This document shows positions 9,233 through 18,228 of a stretch of 44,521 nt of DNA, piece after piece. The stretch is from a virus (taxonomy: Duplodnaviria > Heunggongvirae > Uroviricota > Caudoviricetes): positions 1 to 44,521 of the IMG/VR virus record IMGVR_UViG_2541047878_000001; one strand, given 5' to 3'. The notes beneath the pieces are model-generated. The model saw only the letters and a program-made list of their open reading frames with translations, was not told the DNA's origin and did not search any database. Position 1 is the first letter of the stretch; the number at the start of each line of letters is the position of its first letter. The translations under genes were made by a program, and so were the position numbers.

Positions 9233-9567
9233 ACAGTTTAACAACACACTACCGTCGCTCGCAACTGATTGCGCTTCCTGTACCGGGTGGAAAAGCGAAG
9301 GTGGAATATTGCTATGCAGTGAATGTACCAGGTGACAGGGAAATTGTAACCCACAGCTTTGCAGAGTGGGCTGTGGGGGATTTCAACCGGCAGAAGGAGA
9401 CAGTCCTTTGCGACAAGTTAACCGCTGGTTCAAAGATCACTACGGAGTGCCCGTCAGAGTCATTCGTTGGGAGCCGGAAACACAACGGGTTATCTACCTC
9501 CGCGAAGGTTATGAGCATGAATGCTTCAGTCCGCTCGAACAGTTTCATCGTAAATTCAGGGAAATAG
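9229..9567 (+). CDS. Hypothetical early protein (112 aa)
   Basis: ORF with ATGA overlap to the upstream gene. Confidence 0.4.
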   Translation: MNSLTTHYRRSQLIALPVPGGKAKVEYCYAVNVPGDREIVTHSFAEWAVGDFNRQKETVLCDKLTAGSKITTECPSESFVGSRKHNGLSTSAKVMSMNASVRSNSFIVNSGK

Positions 9568-9576
9568 AGGTCGGTC

Positions 9577-10518
9577 ATGAGCACTAAATTAACCGGCTAT
9601 GTATGGGATGGTTGCGCTGCATCAGGCATGAAGTTATCCAGCGTGGCAATTATGGCCCGCCTGGCTGATTTCAGTAATGACGAAGGTGTGTGCTGGCCAT
9701 CAATTGAAACCATTGCCCGTCAGATTGGCGCGGGGATGAGTACCGTCAGAACGGCTATCGCACGGCTGGAAGCAGAAGGCTGGTTAACGCGTAAGGCGCG
9801 TCGCCAGGGTAACCGCAATGCGTCGAATGTTTATCAGCTTAACGTTGCGAAGCTTCAGGCAGCGGCATTTTCTCAACTGTCAGATTCTGACCCGTCAAAA
9901 TCTGACGCATCAAAATCTGACCCGTCAAAATTTGATGCGTCGAAATCTGGCAAAAAAGCGGGTTTTCACCCGTCAGAATCTGGCGGGGATCCGTCAGTAA
10001 AATCAAAACATGATCCGTCAGATAAAAAAACTTCTCGTCCGGACGCTTCGCAACCGGACACGCAGACGGCTGAACAGGAGTTTTTAACTCGCCATCCTGA
10101 TGCGGTTGTATTCAGCCCTAAAAAGCGCCAGTGGGGAACGCAGGATGATTTGACCTGCGCACAGTGGCTCTGGAAAAAAATCATCGCCCTGTACGAGCAG
10201 GCCGCCGAATGTGACGGCGAGGTGGTTCGTCCCAAAGAACCGAACTGGACAGCCTGGGCAAACGAAATTCGCCTGATGTGTGTGCAGGATGGTCGTACTC
10301 ACAAACAAATCTGCGAGATGTACAGCCGCGTCAGCCGCGATCCGTTCTGGTGCCGTAACGTGCTCAGCCCGTCGAAGCTGCGGGAAAAATGGGATGAGCT
10401 TTCCCTGCGCTTATCGCCGTCCGTCAGCACGTACACCGAAAAACGCGAAGACCCGTACTTCAAAGCCAGTTACGACAACGTGGACTACAGCCAGATCCCG
10501 GCAGGATTCAGGGGGTGA
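9577..10518 (+). CDS. Replication initiator with N-terminal wHTH (lambda O-like role), iterons inside the gene
   Basis: N-terminal helix-turn-helix (SIETIARQIGAGMSTVRTAIARLEAEGW) and an internal SKSD/PSK repetitive linker encoded by tandem DNA repeats. Confidence 0.6.
   Translation: MSTKLTGYVWDGCAASGMKLSSVAIMARLADFSNDEGVCWPSIETIARQIGAGMSTVRTAIARLEAEGWLTRKARRQGNRNASNVYQLNVAKLQAAAFSQLSDSDPSKSDASKSDPSKFDASKSGKKAGFHPSESGGDPSVKSKHDPSDKKTSRPDASQPDTQTAEQEFLTRHPDAVVFSPKKRQWGTQDDLTCAQWLWKKIIALYEQAAECDGEVVRPKEPNWTAWANEIRLMCVQDGRTHKQICEMYSRVSRDPFWCRNVLSPSKLREKWDELSLRLSPSVSTYTEKREDPYFKASYDNVDYSQIPAGFRG
9880..10035. repeat. Iteron array (putative replication origin) embedded in the initiator gene
   Basis: Four tandem 15-bp units TCTGAC(C/G)C(G/A)TCAAAA at 9886-9945, further CCGTCAGAA-like copies to about 10020, then an A-rich tract (GATAAAAAAA). 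Confidence 0.55.
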
Positions 10519-11009
10519 TCATGAGTCTTTTGAATGAAGTTCAGAAATACATTGAAGCCCATCCGGGGTGTACTTCCGGAGACATTGCGGATGCTTTTGC
10601 AGGTTACTCACGGCAGCGCGTTCTGCAGTCAGCAAGCAAGTTACGTCAGAGTGGTCGTGTGGCTCACCGTTGTGAAGGGGATACACGCAGACATTTCCCG
10701 CGCCTGACTGAGAGAGCGCAGGAGGCGGAACCGCAACCAGTTCGTGAAACCAGACCTGTGCGCAATTTCTATGTCGGCACTAACGACCCGCGGGAGATTT
10801 TGTGCCTGACCCGCCAGGCGGAAGAACTGGAGTCCAGGGGCTTATACCGTCGTGCTGCAACGGTGTGGATGGCGGCATTCCGTGAAAGCCACTCCCAGCA
10901 AGAGCGAAACAATTTTCTGGCGCGTCGTGAGCGGTGCTTACGGAAAAGCAGCAAGCGCGCTGCATCGGGTGAAGAGTGGTATCTGTCAGGGAATTACGTG
11001 GGGGCTTAA
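10515..11009 (+). CDS. PerC-domain transcriptional regulator-like protein (Pch/PerC family C-terminal region)
   Basis: C-terminal AEELESRGLYRRAATVW...RRERCLRK matches the remembered PerC/Pch signature; N-terminal half unassigned. Confidence 0.45.
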   Translation: MIMSLLNEVQKYIEAHPGCTSGDIADAFAGYSRQRVLQSASKLRQSGRVAHRCEGDTRRHFPRLTERAQEAEPQPVRETRPVRNFYVGTNDPREILCLTRQAEELESRGLYRRAATVWMAAFRESHSQQERNNFLARRERCLRKSSKRAASGEEWYLSGNYVGA

Positions 11010-11662
11010 TGAGTAATAAATATTGCCAGGCGCTGGTGGAACTGCGGAACAAACCAGCCCATGAACTGAAGGAAGTGGGCGATCAGTGGCGCACGCCGGA
11101 CAACATTTTCTGGGGAATTAACACCCTGTTTGGCCCGTTTGTTCTGGATCTGTTCACTGACGGTGATAACGCCAAATGTGCCGCGTATTACACGGCGGAA
11201 GACAACGCGCTGGCGCATGACTGGTCAGAACGTCTTGCGGAGCTTAAAGGTGCTGCCTTTGGTAATCCCCCATACAGCCGCGCCAGTCAGCATGAGGGGC
11301 AATACATCACCGGCATGCGTTACATCATGAAGCATGCCAGTGCCATGCGTGATAAAGGCGGGCGCTATGTTTTCCTGATCAAAGCTGCCACCAGCGAAGT
11401 GTGGTGGCCGGAAAATGCAGATCATATTGCTTTTATTCGCGGGCGTATTGGTTTTGAACTGCCTGTCTGGTTTATCCCGAAAGACGAGAAGCAGGTACCG
11501 ACAGGCGCTTTCTTCGCTGGTGCTATTGCTGTTTTCGACAAGACCTGGAAGGGACCGGCAATCAGCTACATCGGGCGCGATGAACTTGAGGCATGTGGTG
11601 AGGCCTTTCTGGCGCAGGTTCGCCAGCAGGCGGAAAAACTGGTCAGGGAGATGGCGGCATGA
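11010..11662 (+). CDS. Phage Dam-type N6-adenine DNA methyltransferase
   Basis: Catalytic NPPY motif (FGNPPYSR) and DxWxTP N-terminal region; start at ATG preceded by GGGGG. Confidence 0.7.
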
Positions 11663-11985
11663 CGACGTTAACTCAATGCCAGCAGCAGGTGCTGGATATG
11701 CTGATTTCTTACCAGAAAGAGCGTGGCTTTCCGCCAACCAATCAGGAGGTGGCAACCATGCTGGGATATCGTTCAGTGAATGCAGCGGTGGAGCATCTTC
11801 GCGCACTGGAGAAAAAAGGCGTCATCACGATAAAGCGTGGTGTGGCCCGGGGGATAACGCTTCATACCGCGGTGAAGGACGACGACAGCGAGGCGGTCGG
11901 GATTATCCGCTCACTGCTTGCCGGTGAGGAAAACGCCAGGCTGCGTGCAGCCCACTGGTTACATGAGAGGGGTCTGAAAGTATGA
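11659..11985 (+). CDS. LexA N-terminal DNA-binding-domain-like protein (no peptidase domain)
   Basis: 108 aa resembling the LexA winged-HTH (QQQVLDMLISYQKERGFPPTNQEVATMLGYRSVNAAVEHLRALEKKGVI). Confidence 0.45.
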   Translation: MTTLTQCQQQVLDMLISYQKERGFPPTNQEVATMLGYRSVNAAVEHLRALEKKGVITIKRGVARGITLHTAVKDDDSEAVGIIRSLLAGEENARLRAAHWLHERGLKV

Positions 11986-12371
11986 AGCTGATTCTGCCTT
12001 TCCCGCCCAGCGTGAACACGTACTGGCGACACCCCAACAAAGGGGCGTTTGCAGGTAAGAGCCTGATAAGCGCGGCGGGGCGCAAATTCCAGAGCGCGGC
12101 GTGTGCAGCAATAGTTGAGCAGTTACGTCGTCTGCCAAAACCAACGTCGGCACCTGCTTCAGTGGAGATCGTGTTGTTTCCTCCGGATAACCGGATCCGC
12201 GATCTGGACAACTATAACAAGGCGCTGTTTGACGCCCTGACCCACGCGGGTGTGTGGGAAGACGACAGTCAGGTGAAAAGAATGCTGGTGGAGTGGGGAC
12301 CGGTTATCCCGGAAGGGAAGGTCGAGATCACTATCAGTAAGTACGAGAAAACGGCGGGTGCAGCCGCCTGA
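11982..12371 (+). CDS. rusA: RusA-family Holliday junction resolvase
   Basis: Typical RusA length and motifs (FPPSVNTYW..., DLDNYNKALFDALTHAGVWEDDSQV). Confidence 0.8.
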   Translation: MKLILPFPPSVNTYWRHPNKGAFAGKSLISAAGRKFQSAACAAIVEQLRRLPKPTSAPASVEIVLFPPDNRIRDLDNYNKALFDALTHAGVWEDDSQVKRMLVEWGPVIPEGKVEITISKYEKTAGAAA

Positions 12372-12390
12372 TTAAGAGGAGAAACGAAGT

Positions 12391-13188
12391 ATGAATAATC
12401 TGATGGTCATTGATGGTATTGAAGTTCGTCGTGATGCTTATGGGCGTTACAGCCTGAACGATCTGCACAGGGCTGCCGGTTCTCTGGATAAGCATAAGCC
12501 TGCATTCTGGCTCCGCAATGAGCAAACTGAGCGTTTAATAAGCGAGTTGCAGATTTGCAACTCGGTCAATATAGAGCCAGTTAACGTTATTCGTGGCGGA
12601 AATAACCAGGGGACGTATGTCTGCAAAGAACTGGTGTATGCCTATGCAATGTGGATCAGCCCGTCATTCCATCTGAAGGTGATCCGTACTTTCGACATGG
12701 TAACCAGCGCACCGGAAAAATTATCCGGACAGGCTGCTGACAAGATGCAGGCTGGTGTGATTCTGCTGGACTTTATGCGCCGGGAGTTAAATCTGTCTAA
12801 CTCTTCAGTGCTTGGAGCCTGTCAGAAACTTCAGGAGGCTGTTGGCTTACCGAATCTGGCACCGCGCTATGCCATTGATGCTCCTGCTGACGCGCCTGAT
12901 GGCTCAAGCCGCCCCACGCTGTCACTGAGTGCACTGCTGAAGCAGTATGGTATCCGCCTGACAGCTAATCAGGCATATCACCAGATGGTGAAGCTGGGGA
13001 TCGTCGAGCAGCGCGAACGATACAGCCGTACCGCGATTAACAACATCAAAAAATTCTGGTCGCTGACGGCGAAAGGCTGCATGTTCGGCAAGAACATCAC
13101 CAGTCCCGCAAATCCGCGCGAGACGCAGCCGCACTTTTTCGAATCCCGATTCCCTGAGCTGTTAAAGCTGCTCGATACCGTTCATTGA
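12391..13188 (+). CDS. KilA-N domain protein (antirepressor-like)
   Basis: N-terminal KilA-N-like region (VIDGIEVRRDAYGRYSLNDLHRAAG...KPAFWLRNEQTERLISEL). Confidence 0.6.
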   Translation: MNNLMVIDGIEVRRDAYGRYSLNDLHRAAGSLDKHKPAFWLRNEQTERLISELQICNSVNIEPVNVIRGGNNQGTYVCKELVYAYAMWISPSFHLKVIRTFDMVTSAPEKLSGQAADKMQAGVILLDFMRRELNLSNSSVLGACQKLQEAVGLPNLAPRYAIDAPADAPDGSSRPTLSLSALLKQYGIRLTANQAYHQMVKLGIVEQRERYSRTAINNIKKFWSLTAKGCMFGKNITSPANPRETQPHFFESRFPELLKLLDTVH

Positions 13189-13189
13189 G

Positions 13190-14185
13190 GTGACCGTGAG
13201 AGCACTACTGACCCCTGAAATTGCCCCGCGTATGGGGATCGTATTGTTCAGACCAGGTTCAGAGCTGATGCCCCTGTTTATGCAGGGGCGTGTCCTGCTG
13301 GAGCCTGAGCCGGAACGTTATTCATCTTTTGCCAGTGGTGCCGTTCCGGCGGCATCACAACCGCTGGCGGATGATCCTGCCGTTCGGGCCGTGTTCCGCA
13401 ATGAGGCAGTGATCCGTCGTGCTGGTGGAGTGGAATGTCTTGAAAGCTGGTTACTTCGTGAAAAAGGCTGCCAATGGCCTCATTCCGACTGGCACAGCGA
13501 GAACATGACCACAATGCGACACGCGCCGGGCGCAATCCGTCTGTGCTGGCACTGCGATAACCAGCTGCGCGATCAGTTCACGGAACGGCTGGAATCAATG
13601 GCAACGGATAACTGTGCCCGCTGGGTGTTGTCTGTTGTGCGTCGGGATCTCGGTTTTGATGACAGTCACGTTGTGACAATGCCGGAACTGTGCTGGTGGC
13701 TGATTCGTAATGACCTGGCGGATGCCTTACCGGAAAGTGCAGCCCGTAAGGCACTGAGATTACCGAAGCCTGTTGTGCCGTCTGTCACCCGGGAAAGTGA
13801 CCTTGTGCCTTCGATTCCTGCCACCAGCATCATCCAGGATAAGGCGAAAAAGGTGCTGGCGCTGAAAGTGGATCCGGAGTCGCCGGAGTCTTTTATGTTA
13901 CGCCCAAAACGTCGCCGCTGGGTTAATGAAAAGTACACGCGCTGGGTTAAGACACAGCCGTGTGCATGTTGTGGAAAGCCTGCTGATGATCCCCACCACC
14001 TGATAGGTCACGGTCAGGGTGGAATGGGAACAAAAGCGCATGACCTCTTTGTGTTGCCTTTGTGCAGAAAGCATCACGACGAGCTGCATGCGGATACCGT
14101 GGCATTTGAAGAGAAGTATGGCTCCCAGCTGGAGCTGATATTTCGTTTTATCGATCGTGCGCTGGCAACTGGCGTGCTGGCCTGA
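13190..14185 (+). CDS. DUF968-type lambdoid protein with C-terminal Cys/His cluster
   Basis: C-terminal PCACCG...HHLIGHG...CRKHHDELH cluster typical of lambdoid DUF968 proteins. Confidence 0.5.
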   Translation: MTVRALLTPEIAPRMGIVLFRPGSELMPLFMQGRVLLEPEPERYSSFASGAVPAASQPLADDPAVRAVFRNEAVIRRAGGVECLESWLLREKGCQWPHSDWHSENMTTMRHAPGAIRLCWHCDNQLRDQFTERLESMATDNCARWVLSVVRRDLGFDDSHVVTMPELCWWLIRNDLADALPESAARKALRLPKPVVPSVTRESDLVPSIPATSIIQDKAKKVLALKVDPESPESFMLRPKRRRWVNEKYTRWVKTQPCACCGKPADDPHHLIGHGQGGMGTKAHDLFVLPLCRKHHDELHADTVAFEEKYGSQLELIFRFIDRALATGVLA

Positions 14186-14187
14186 TT

Positions 14188-14568
14188 TTGTGGAGAAAGT
14201 TGATGCGTGATATTCAGATGGTTCTTGAGCGTTGGGGGGCATGGGCGGCGAGTGACAGTTCAGGAGTAGACTATTCGCCTATAGCTGCTGGGTTTAAGGG
14301 ACTTCTTCCCTATACAAGCAAAACACGTCAGGCTTGTTCAGATAGTGATGCATTAATTATTGAAGGTTGTCTTGCTCGTCTAAAGCAAAAAAGGCCAGAC
14401 GAACATTCGCTTCTTGTTGCCCATTACCTATACGGTATCTCTAAAAGAAAGCTCGCCAAAGCTCGTAAAAAGGATGAGAAACTAATACGCATTGAGATAC
14501 AGATGGCTGAGGGGTTTATTGAAGGCTGTCTCTCAATGCTTGATCTTTGTTTGGAAATGGACCAATAG
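14188..14568 (+). CDS. Late-gene antiterminator Q (phage 82/21 type, putative)
   Basis: 126-aa ORF at the canonical position before the lysis genes, with sequence pattern remembered for the small Q family. Confidence 0.55.
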   Translation: MWRKLMRDIQMVLERWGAWAASDSSGVDYSPIAAGFKGLLPYTSKTRQACSDSDALIIEGCLARLKQKRPDEHSLLVAHYLYGISKRKLAKARKKDEKLIRIEIQMAEGFIEGCLSMLDLCLEMDQ

Positions 14569-14591
14569 ACTACCAGAATAGCAACTGCCGC

Positions 14592-15014
14592 TCAGCTTTG
14601 CGGATCGGCAGTTTCTGATGGTGTAATGTTACGCGCAGATGTTTCAAGTATAGATTCCCTTCCGATTGATACCAAAATTTCGATTGTTCTTGCTTTAGCC
14701 TGCATCAATGTTGATTTTATTTCAGGACTTAAGTGGTCAGATCGTAACTGCTTCTCAATCTCAGCCAAATCACGCTTGCATTTTGCTCTTTTGGCTGCGT
14801 CTTCTGGAGATTCGAAACCATGCCTCGAAATGAACCAATTCATGACGTAAGTTAAAGTTGCCGCAACACCCGGTACTAATGCGTAGGCTACAGTTCGCCA
14901 CACGCTATTAGGGTCGGTTAAAATCGCGCTAACAAGAACACTTAAAATTGCTCCCCAACCACCAGTTGAAAGGGTAGCTTTTCCTGTGCTTAGACCTTTA
15001 GTTTGAGAATTCAT
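14592..15014 (-). CDS. Cassette gene 3: two-TM membrane protein with coiled-coil tail (140 aa)
   Basis: Two hydrophobic helices followed by a charged helical C-terminus; 4-nt overlap with the upstream gene. Confidence 0.5.
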   Translation of the reverse strand: MNSQTKGLSTGKATLSTGGWGAILSVLVSAILTDPNSVWRTVAYALVPGVAATLTYVMNWFISRHGFESPEDAAKRAKCKRDLAEIEKQLRSDHLSPEIKSTLMQAKARTIEILVSIGRESILETSARNITPSETADPQS

Positions 15015-15280
15015 TTTCGTTTTGAATTCTCCGCAATTGCCTCATCAATGAGGGTTGTTAGCATTTTTCCCTTTTTACTTGGAACTTTTATTACTAGCGT
15101 TTTGGTCACTCCGGAATCTTCATCGTGATATCGGAATTCGAAGACTTTTGTAGGGAATAGTCGACGCCAAAGCAAGGCTGACGCTGAATAGCAAAAACGA
15201 CTAAAGGCAGGGATGATCATTATCACCCCTATCCAGAAGATCAGTTGTGCTATCTGCATGTTTAGTGTCACTTTTGTCAA
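15011..15280 (-). CDS. Cassette gene 2: small single-TM membrane protein (89 aa)
   Basis: N-terminal hydrophobic helix (IAQLIFWIGVIMIIPAF); ATGA-type overlaps on both sides. Confidence 0.45.
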   Translation of the reverse strand: MTKVTLNMQIAQLIFWIGVIMIIPAFSRFCYSASALLWRRLFPTKVFEFRYHDEDSGVTKTLVIKVPSKKGKMLTTLIDEAIAENSKRK

Positions 15281-16146
15281 GCCTCAGCAGGGCGTTTTCG
15301 TTTTACTTTGGTTATAGCATACTTGGTTGTGGCATTTCGCGCAGTGAAAGTTTTTATAGTTTTTAGCTCAACAACAAACAAATCTTCTTTTGTAAAACTG
15401 ATGATTCCGTTTTGAACTTGGTGTATAAACAACTGATCTTCAAAGGTAACAGCATGCTCTTCGCCTAAATAATCGATTCTCCAACCCTTTGTACCCTCGA
15501 AGTTGATCTGTACGAATCTAACATTGACTTCTTCTACAGACTCTTCTTTTTCAAGTAGTGTGCCTCTAGGCAGCGGTTTGATCTCTTCGGTTTCACTTCC
15601 TTCAAGACGAACGACTTCTTCGCCTTCATCATTCAGCACCTTAAATACTGCTCCTTGTTTGCCGTCTAATGGTGCACGAACTACATTCACAAGGGCATCA
15701 CGGACTTCTGGATCTGTTACTAACTTAGCCACTGAGTCATGGCAAACAATTTCTTCCCCTTCAAGCTCAAGAACAGATTCTTCTGTTCCTGCCCGTTTTG
15801 TTACCGAAATTACTTTCTTGCTGCCCAGTTGGCGGATTAGTGATAATGCTGGAGCTCCAATAGTAGCCCCGGCTATCCCTGTTAGGCCAATCACTTTTGC
15901 TACGTCGACGGCATGAGGAACAAGCTCCATCATCGTATAGGATACGCCGAGTGATCCCGCTTCAGCTGGATTAGTAACCATTAACTTAACGGTTTGTTGG
16001 CCGTCATTAAGTCTTTTATCAGCTGCTGATATTAAATCTGCCATCGAACCTATGGAAATGCTTAATGTTTTGGCATCAATTTTATGCTGTGCTAATTCAT
16101 TATCCTCTGCATCGTAGAAGATCTGAAAAGAAGTTGTTTTAGTCAC
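15277..16146 (-). CDS. Cassette gene 1: soluble acidic protein of unknown function (289 aa)
   Basis: Long ORF opposite to the phage late direction, no TM segment, no motif I recognise; first gene of a three-gene coupled operon. Confidence 0.55.
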   Translation of the reverse strand: MTKTTSFQIFYDAEDNELAQHKIDAKTLSISIGSMADLISAADKRLNDGQQTVKLMVTNPAEAGSLGVSYTMMELVPHAVDVAKVIGLTGIAGATIGAPALSLIRQLGSKKVISVTKRAGTEESVLELEGEEIVCHDSVAKLVTDPEVRDALVNVVRAPLDGKQGAVFKVLNDEGEEVVRLEGSETEEIKPLPRGTLLEKEESVEEVNVRFVQINFEGTKGWRIDYLGEEHAVTFEDQLFIHQVQNGIISFTKEDLFVVELKTIKTFTARNATTKYAITKVKRKRPAEA

Positions 16147-16272
16147 TCTTTGCTCGCTATGTCTTGATTTTTTTCCATAAAATACCTTTTTTTGGTGTAA
16201 AAAACATTATCGCGGTCCGCAAAAATTGCGTTACTGTGTTAAGAGTGATTACTTCGTCACACAGCTTAAACC

Positions 16273-16300
16273 CGCCGTCGAGCGGGTTTTTTTATACCTG
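16273..16300 (+). terminator. Rho-independent terminator (candidate tR'-like)
   Basis: Hairpin AAACCCGC-CGTCGA-GCGGGTTT followed by a run of seven T. Confidence 0.5.
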
Positions 16301-16416
16301 TAAACCTGGTGCAGTACGGTAAACACGCTGGTGGTAGTGAATACTGACTTTTTATCTTGCTGGCTTTTTAGACAAGAGTTATTGGTATGTCATGTTAACC
16401 ATGAAGGTAAAAAGAC

Positions 16417-16611
16417 ATGCTAAAACAGCAAGATATGACAGAAACGGCGAAAGTTGTTTTTAATGAATTAAACGGCAAACCGGCAACAGTCGGGGAGATA
16501 GCACAAAACACATACCTTTCACGCGAACGCTGTCAGTTAATACTGACCCAGCTGGTTATGGCGGGGCTGGCAGATTACCAGTTCGGCTGTTACAGACGCC
16601 TTCAGCAATGA
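16417..16611 (+). CDS. Small hypothetical protein (64 aa)
   Basis: Short ORF preceded by an AGGT-containing region. Confidence 0.3.
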   Translation: MLKQQDMTETAKVVFNELNGKPATVGEIAQNTYLSRERCQLILTQLVMAGLADYQFGCYRRLQQ

Positions 16612-16760
16612 AGGGCTTTTAATTTGTGAAAATGGGCGGCTGGTGGGTGTTGGTAGCACCTGCCAGCCATTCGCTCATGCTTACTGGTCACAAGCGAACC
16701 ATGGCCCACTGCTTTAGCGCAAAAGCAGAGTGAGCCTACCAGAGTTACGCTTACTGATCC

Positions 16761-17813
16761 ATGAAAAATACTGTAAAAATAAACAGTGTTGATTTAATCA
16801 ACGCTGATTGCCTGCATTTTATTCAGTCCCTGCCTGATGATTCCATTGACCTGATAGTTACCGATCCGCCGTACTTCAAAGTGAAGCCCAACGGTTGGGA
16901 CAATCAGTGGAAAGGGGACGAAGATTACCTTAAGTGGCTGGACCACTGTCTGGCTCAGTTCTGGCGGGTGCTGAAACCTGCCGGAAGCCTTTACCTGTTC
17001 TGTGGACATCGCCTGGCATCTGATATCGAGATCATGATGCGTGAACGTTTCAACGTGCTTAACCATATCATCTGGGCGAAGCCGTCCGGACGATGGAACG
17101 GGTGTAATAAAGAAAGCCTGCGGGCATATTTCCCCGCTACAGAGCGCGTTCTGTTTGCTGAACATTACCAGGGGCCATATCGCGGCAAAAGTGACGGCTA
17201 TGCGGAAAAAGAAAGGGAACTCAAACAGCACATAATGGCACCGCTGATATCGTATTTCAGGGATGCACGTGCCGAACTGGGTATAACGGCAAAACAGATT
17301 GCCGAAGCCACTGGTAAGAAAAACATGGTTTCCCACTGGTTTGGTGCCAGTCAGTGGCAGTTGCCGAATGAGGCTGACTACCGGAAGTTGCAGGCACTGT
17401 TTTCCCGTATAGCGGCAGAGAAGTTTCAGGAACAACAACTGGAACAGACACACCACCAGCTGGTGGCATCTTATGATTCACTGAATCGCAAATATTCTGA
17501 ATTGCTGGATGAGTTTAAATCTCTCCGGCGCTATTTCTCCGTATCAGTCTCCGTGCCTTATACCGATGTCTGGACGCATAAGCCCGTTCAGTTCTACCCG
17601 GGTAAACATCCGTGCGAGAAACCGGCGGATATGCTCCGGCAAATAATCAATGCCAGTAGTCGACCTGGTGATCTGGTTGCTGATTTCTTTATGGGATCCG
17701 GTTCCACAATAAAAGCAGCAATGGCGCTGGGGCGTCGGGCGTTAGGTGTTGAACTTGAGTCAGAGCGGTTTAATCAGACGGTGAAAGAGGTAAGTGAACT
17801 GGTGGGGAAATAA
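16761..17813 (+). CDS. Orphan DNA methyltransferase (N6-adenine/N4-cytosine family, DPPY motif)
   Basis: SIDLIVTDPPYF catalytic motif and C-terminal FFMGSGST SAM-binding motif; no adjacent restriction endonuclease ORF. Confidence 0.8.
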   Translation: MKNTVKINSVDLINADCLHFIQSLPDDSIDLIVTDPPYFKVKPNGWDNQWKGDEDYLKWLDHCLAQFWRVLKPAGSLYLFCGHRLASDIEIMMRERFNVLNHIIWAKPSGRWNGCNKESLRAYFPATERVLFAEHYQGPYRGKSDGYAEKERELKQHIMAPLISYFRDARAELGITAKQIAEATGKKNMVSHWFGASQWQLPNEADYRKLQALFSRIAAEKFQEQQLEQTHHQLVASYDSLNRKYSELLDEFKSLRRYFSVSVSVPYTDVWTHKPVQFYPGKHPCEKPADMLRQIINASSRPGDLVADFFMGSGSTIKAAMALGRRALGVELESERFNQTVKEVSELVGK

Positions 17814-17889
17814 TTCTGGTGGCCACGTTGCGTGGCCTTTTTATTTCCAACACAGCACCCGCAAATATCGCGAGGTGAGAGATGACGAA

Positions 17890-18225
17890 ATGCCTCATAA
17901 CCCAAATACCTGGCCGGACTGGCTGGAGTTGTTTCAGAGCTGGTGGCGTGGAGACACACCGCTGGGTGCAGTGATTATGTCGATCGTTATGGCTGGTTTG
18001 CGCATCGCCTATTTTGGCGGTCGCGGTGGCTGGAAGCGAAAAACGCTCGAGATTTTGCTATGTGGCGCTCTGACGCTGACCTTTGCATCCGCTCTTGAGT
18101 ATGTCGGATGGCCTAAATCGCTTTCTGTTGCCATTGGTGGTGGCGTGGGGCTGATCGGTGTCGATGCTATTCGTGGGGCTGCAATGCGAGTAATCGGTAA
18201 CAAATTTGGTAGCTCGAAGGAGTAA
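17890..18225 (+). CDS. Holin (lambda S-like)
   Basis: About 111 aa with three hydrophobic segments and a charged C-terminus, immediately upstream of the endolysin; start placed at the internal ATG (MPHNPN) rather than the track ORF start. Confidence 0.65.
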   Translation: MPHNPNTWPDWLELFQSWWRGDTPLGAVIMSIVMAGLRIAYFGGRGGWKRKTLEILLCGALTLTFASALEYVGWPKSLSVAIGGGVGLIGVDAIRGAAMRVIGNKFGSSKE

Positions 18226-18228
18226 TTT

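Noticed and set aside
9818-10000. 60-aa ORF in an alternative frame across the iteron region
   Set aside because: Repetitive translation (QNLTxQNLT) generated by the tandem DNA repeats inside the initiator gene.
15503-15916. Plus-strand 137-aa Ser/Thr-rich ORF antisense to cassette gene 1
   Set aside because: Low-complexity translation lying entirely inside the longer, coupled minus-strand ORF.
17794-17889. Extended N-terminus of the holin ORF (track start at 17794)
   Set aside because: Overlaps the methyltransferase 3' end; the internal ATG at 17890 gives a lambda S-sized holin.
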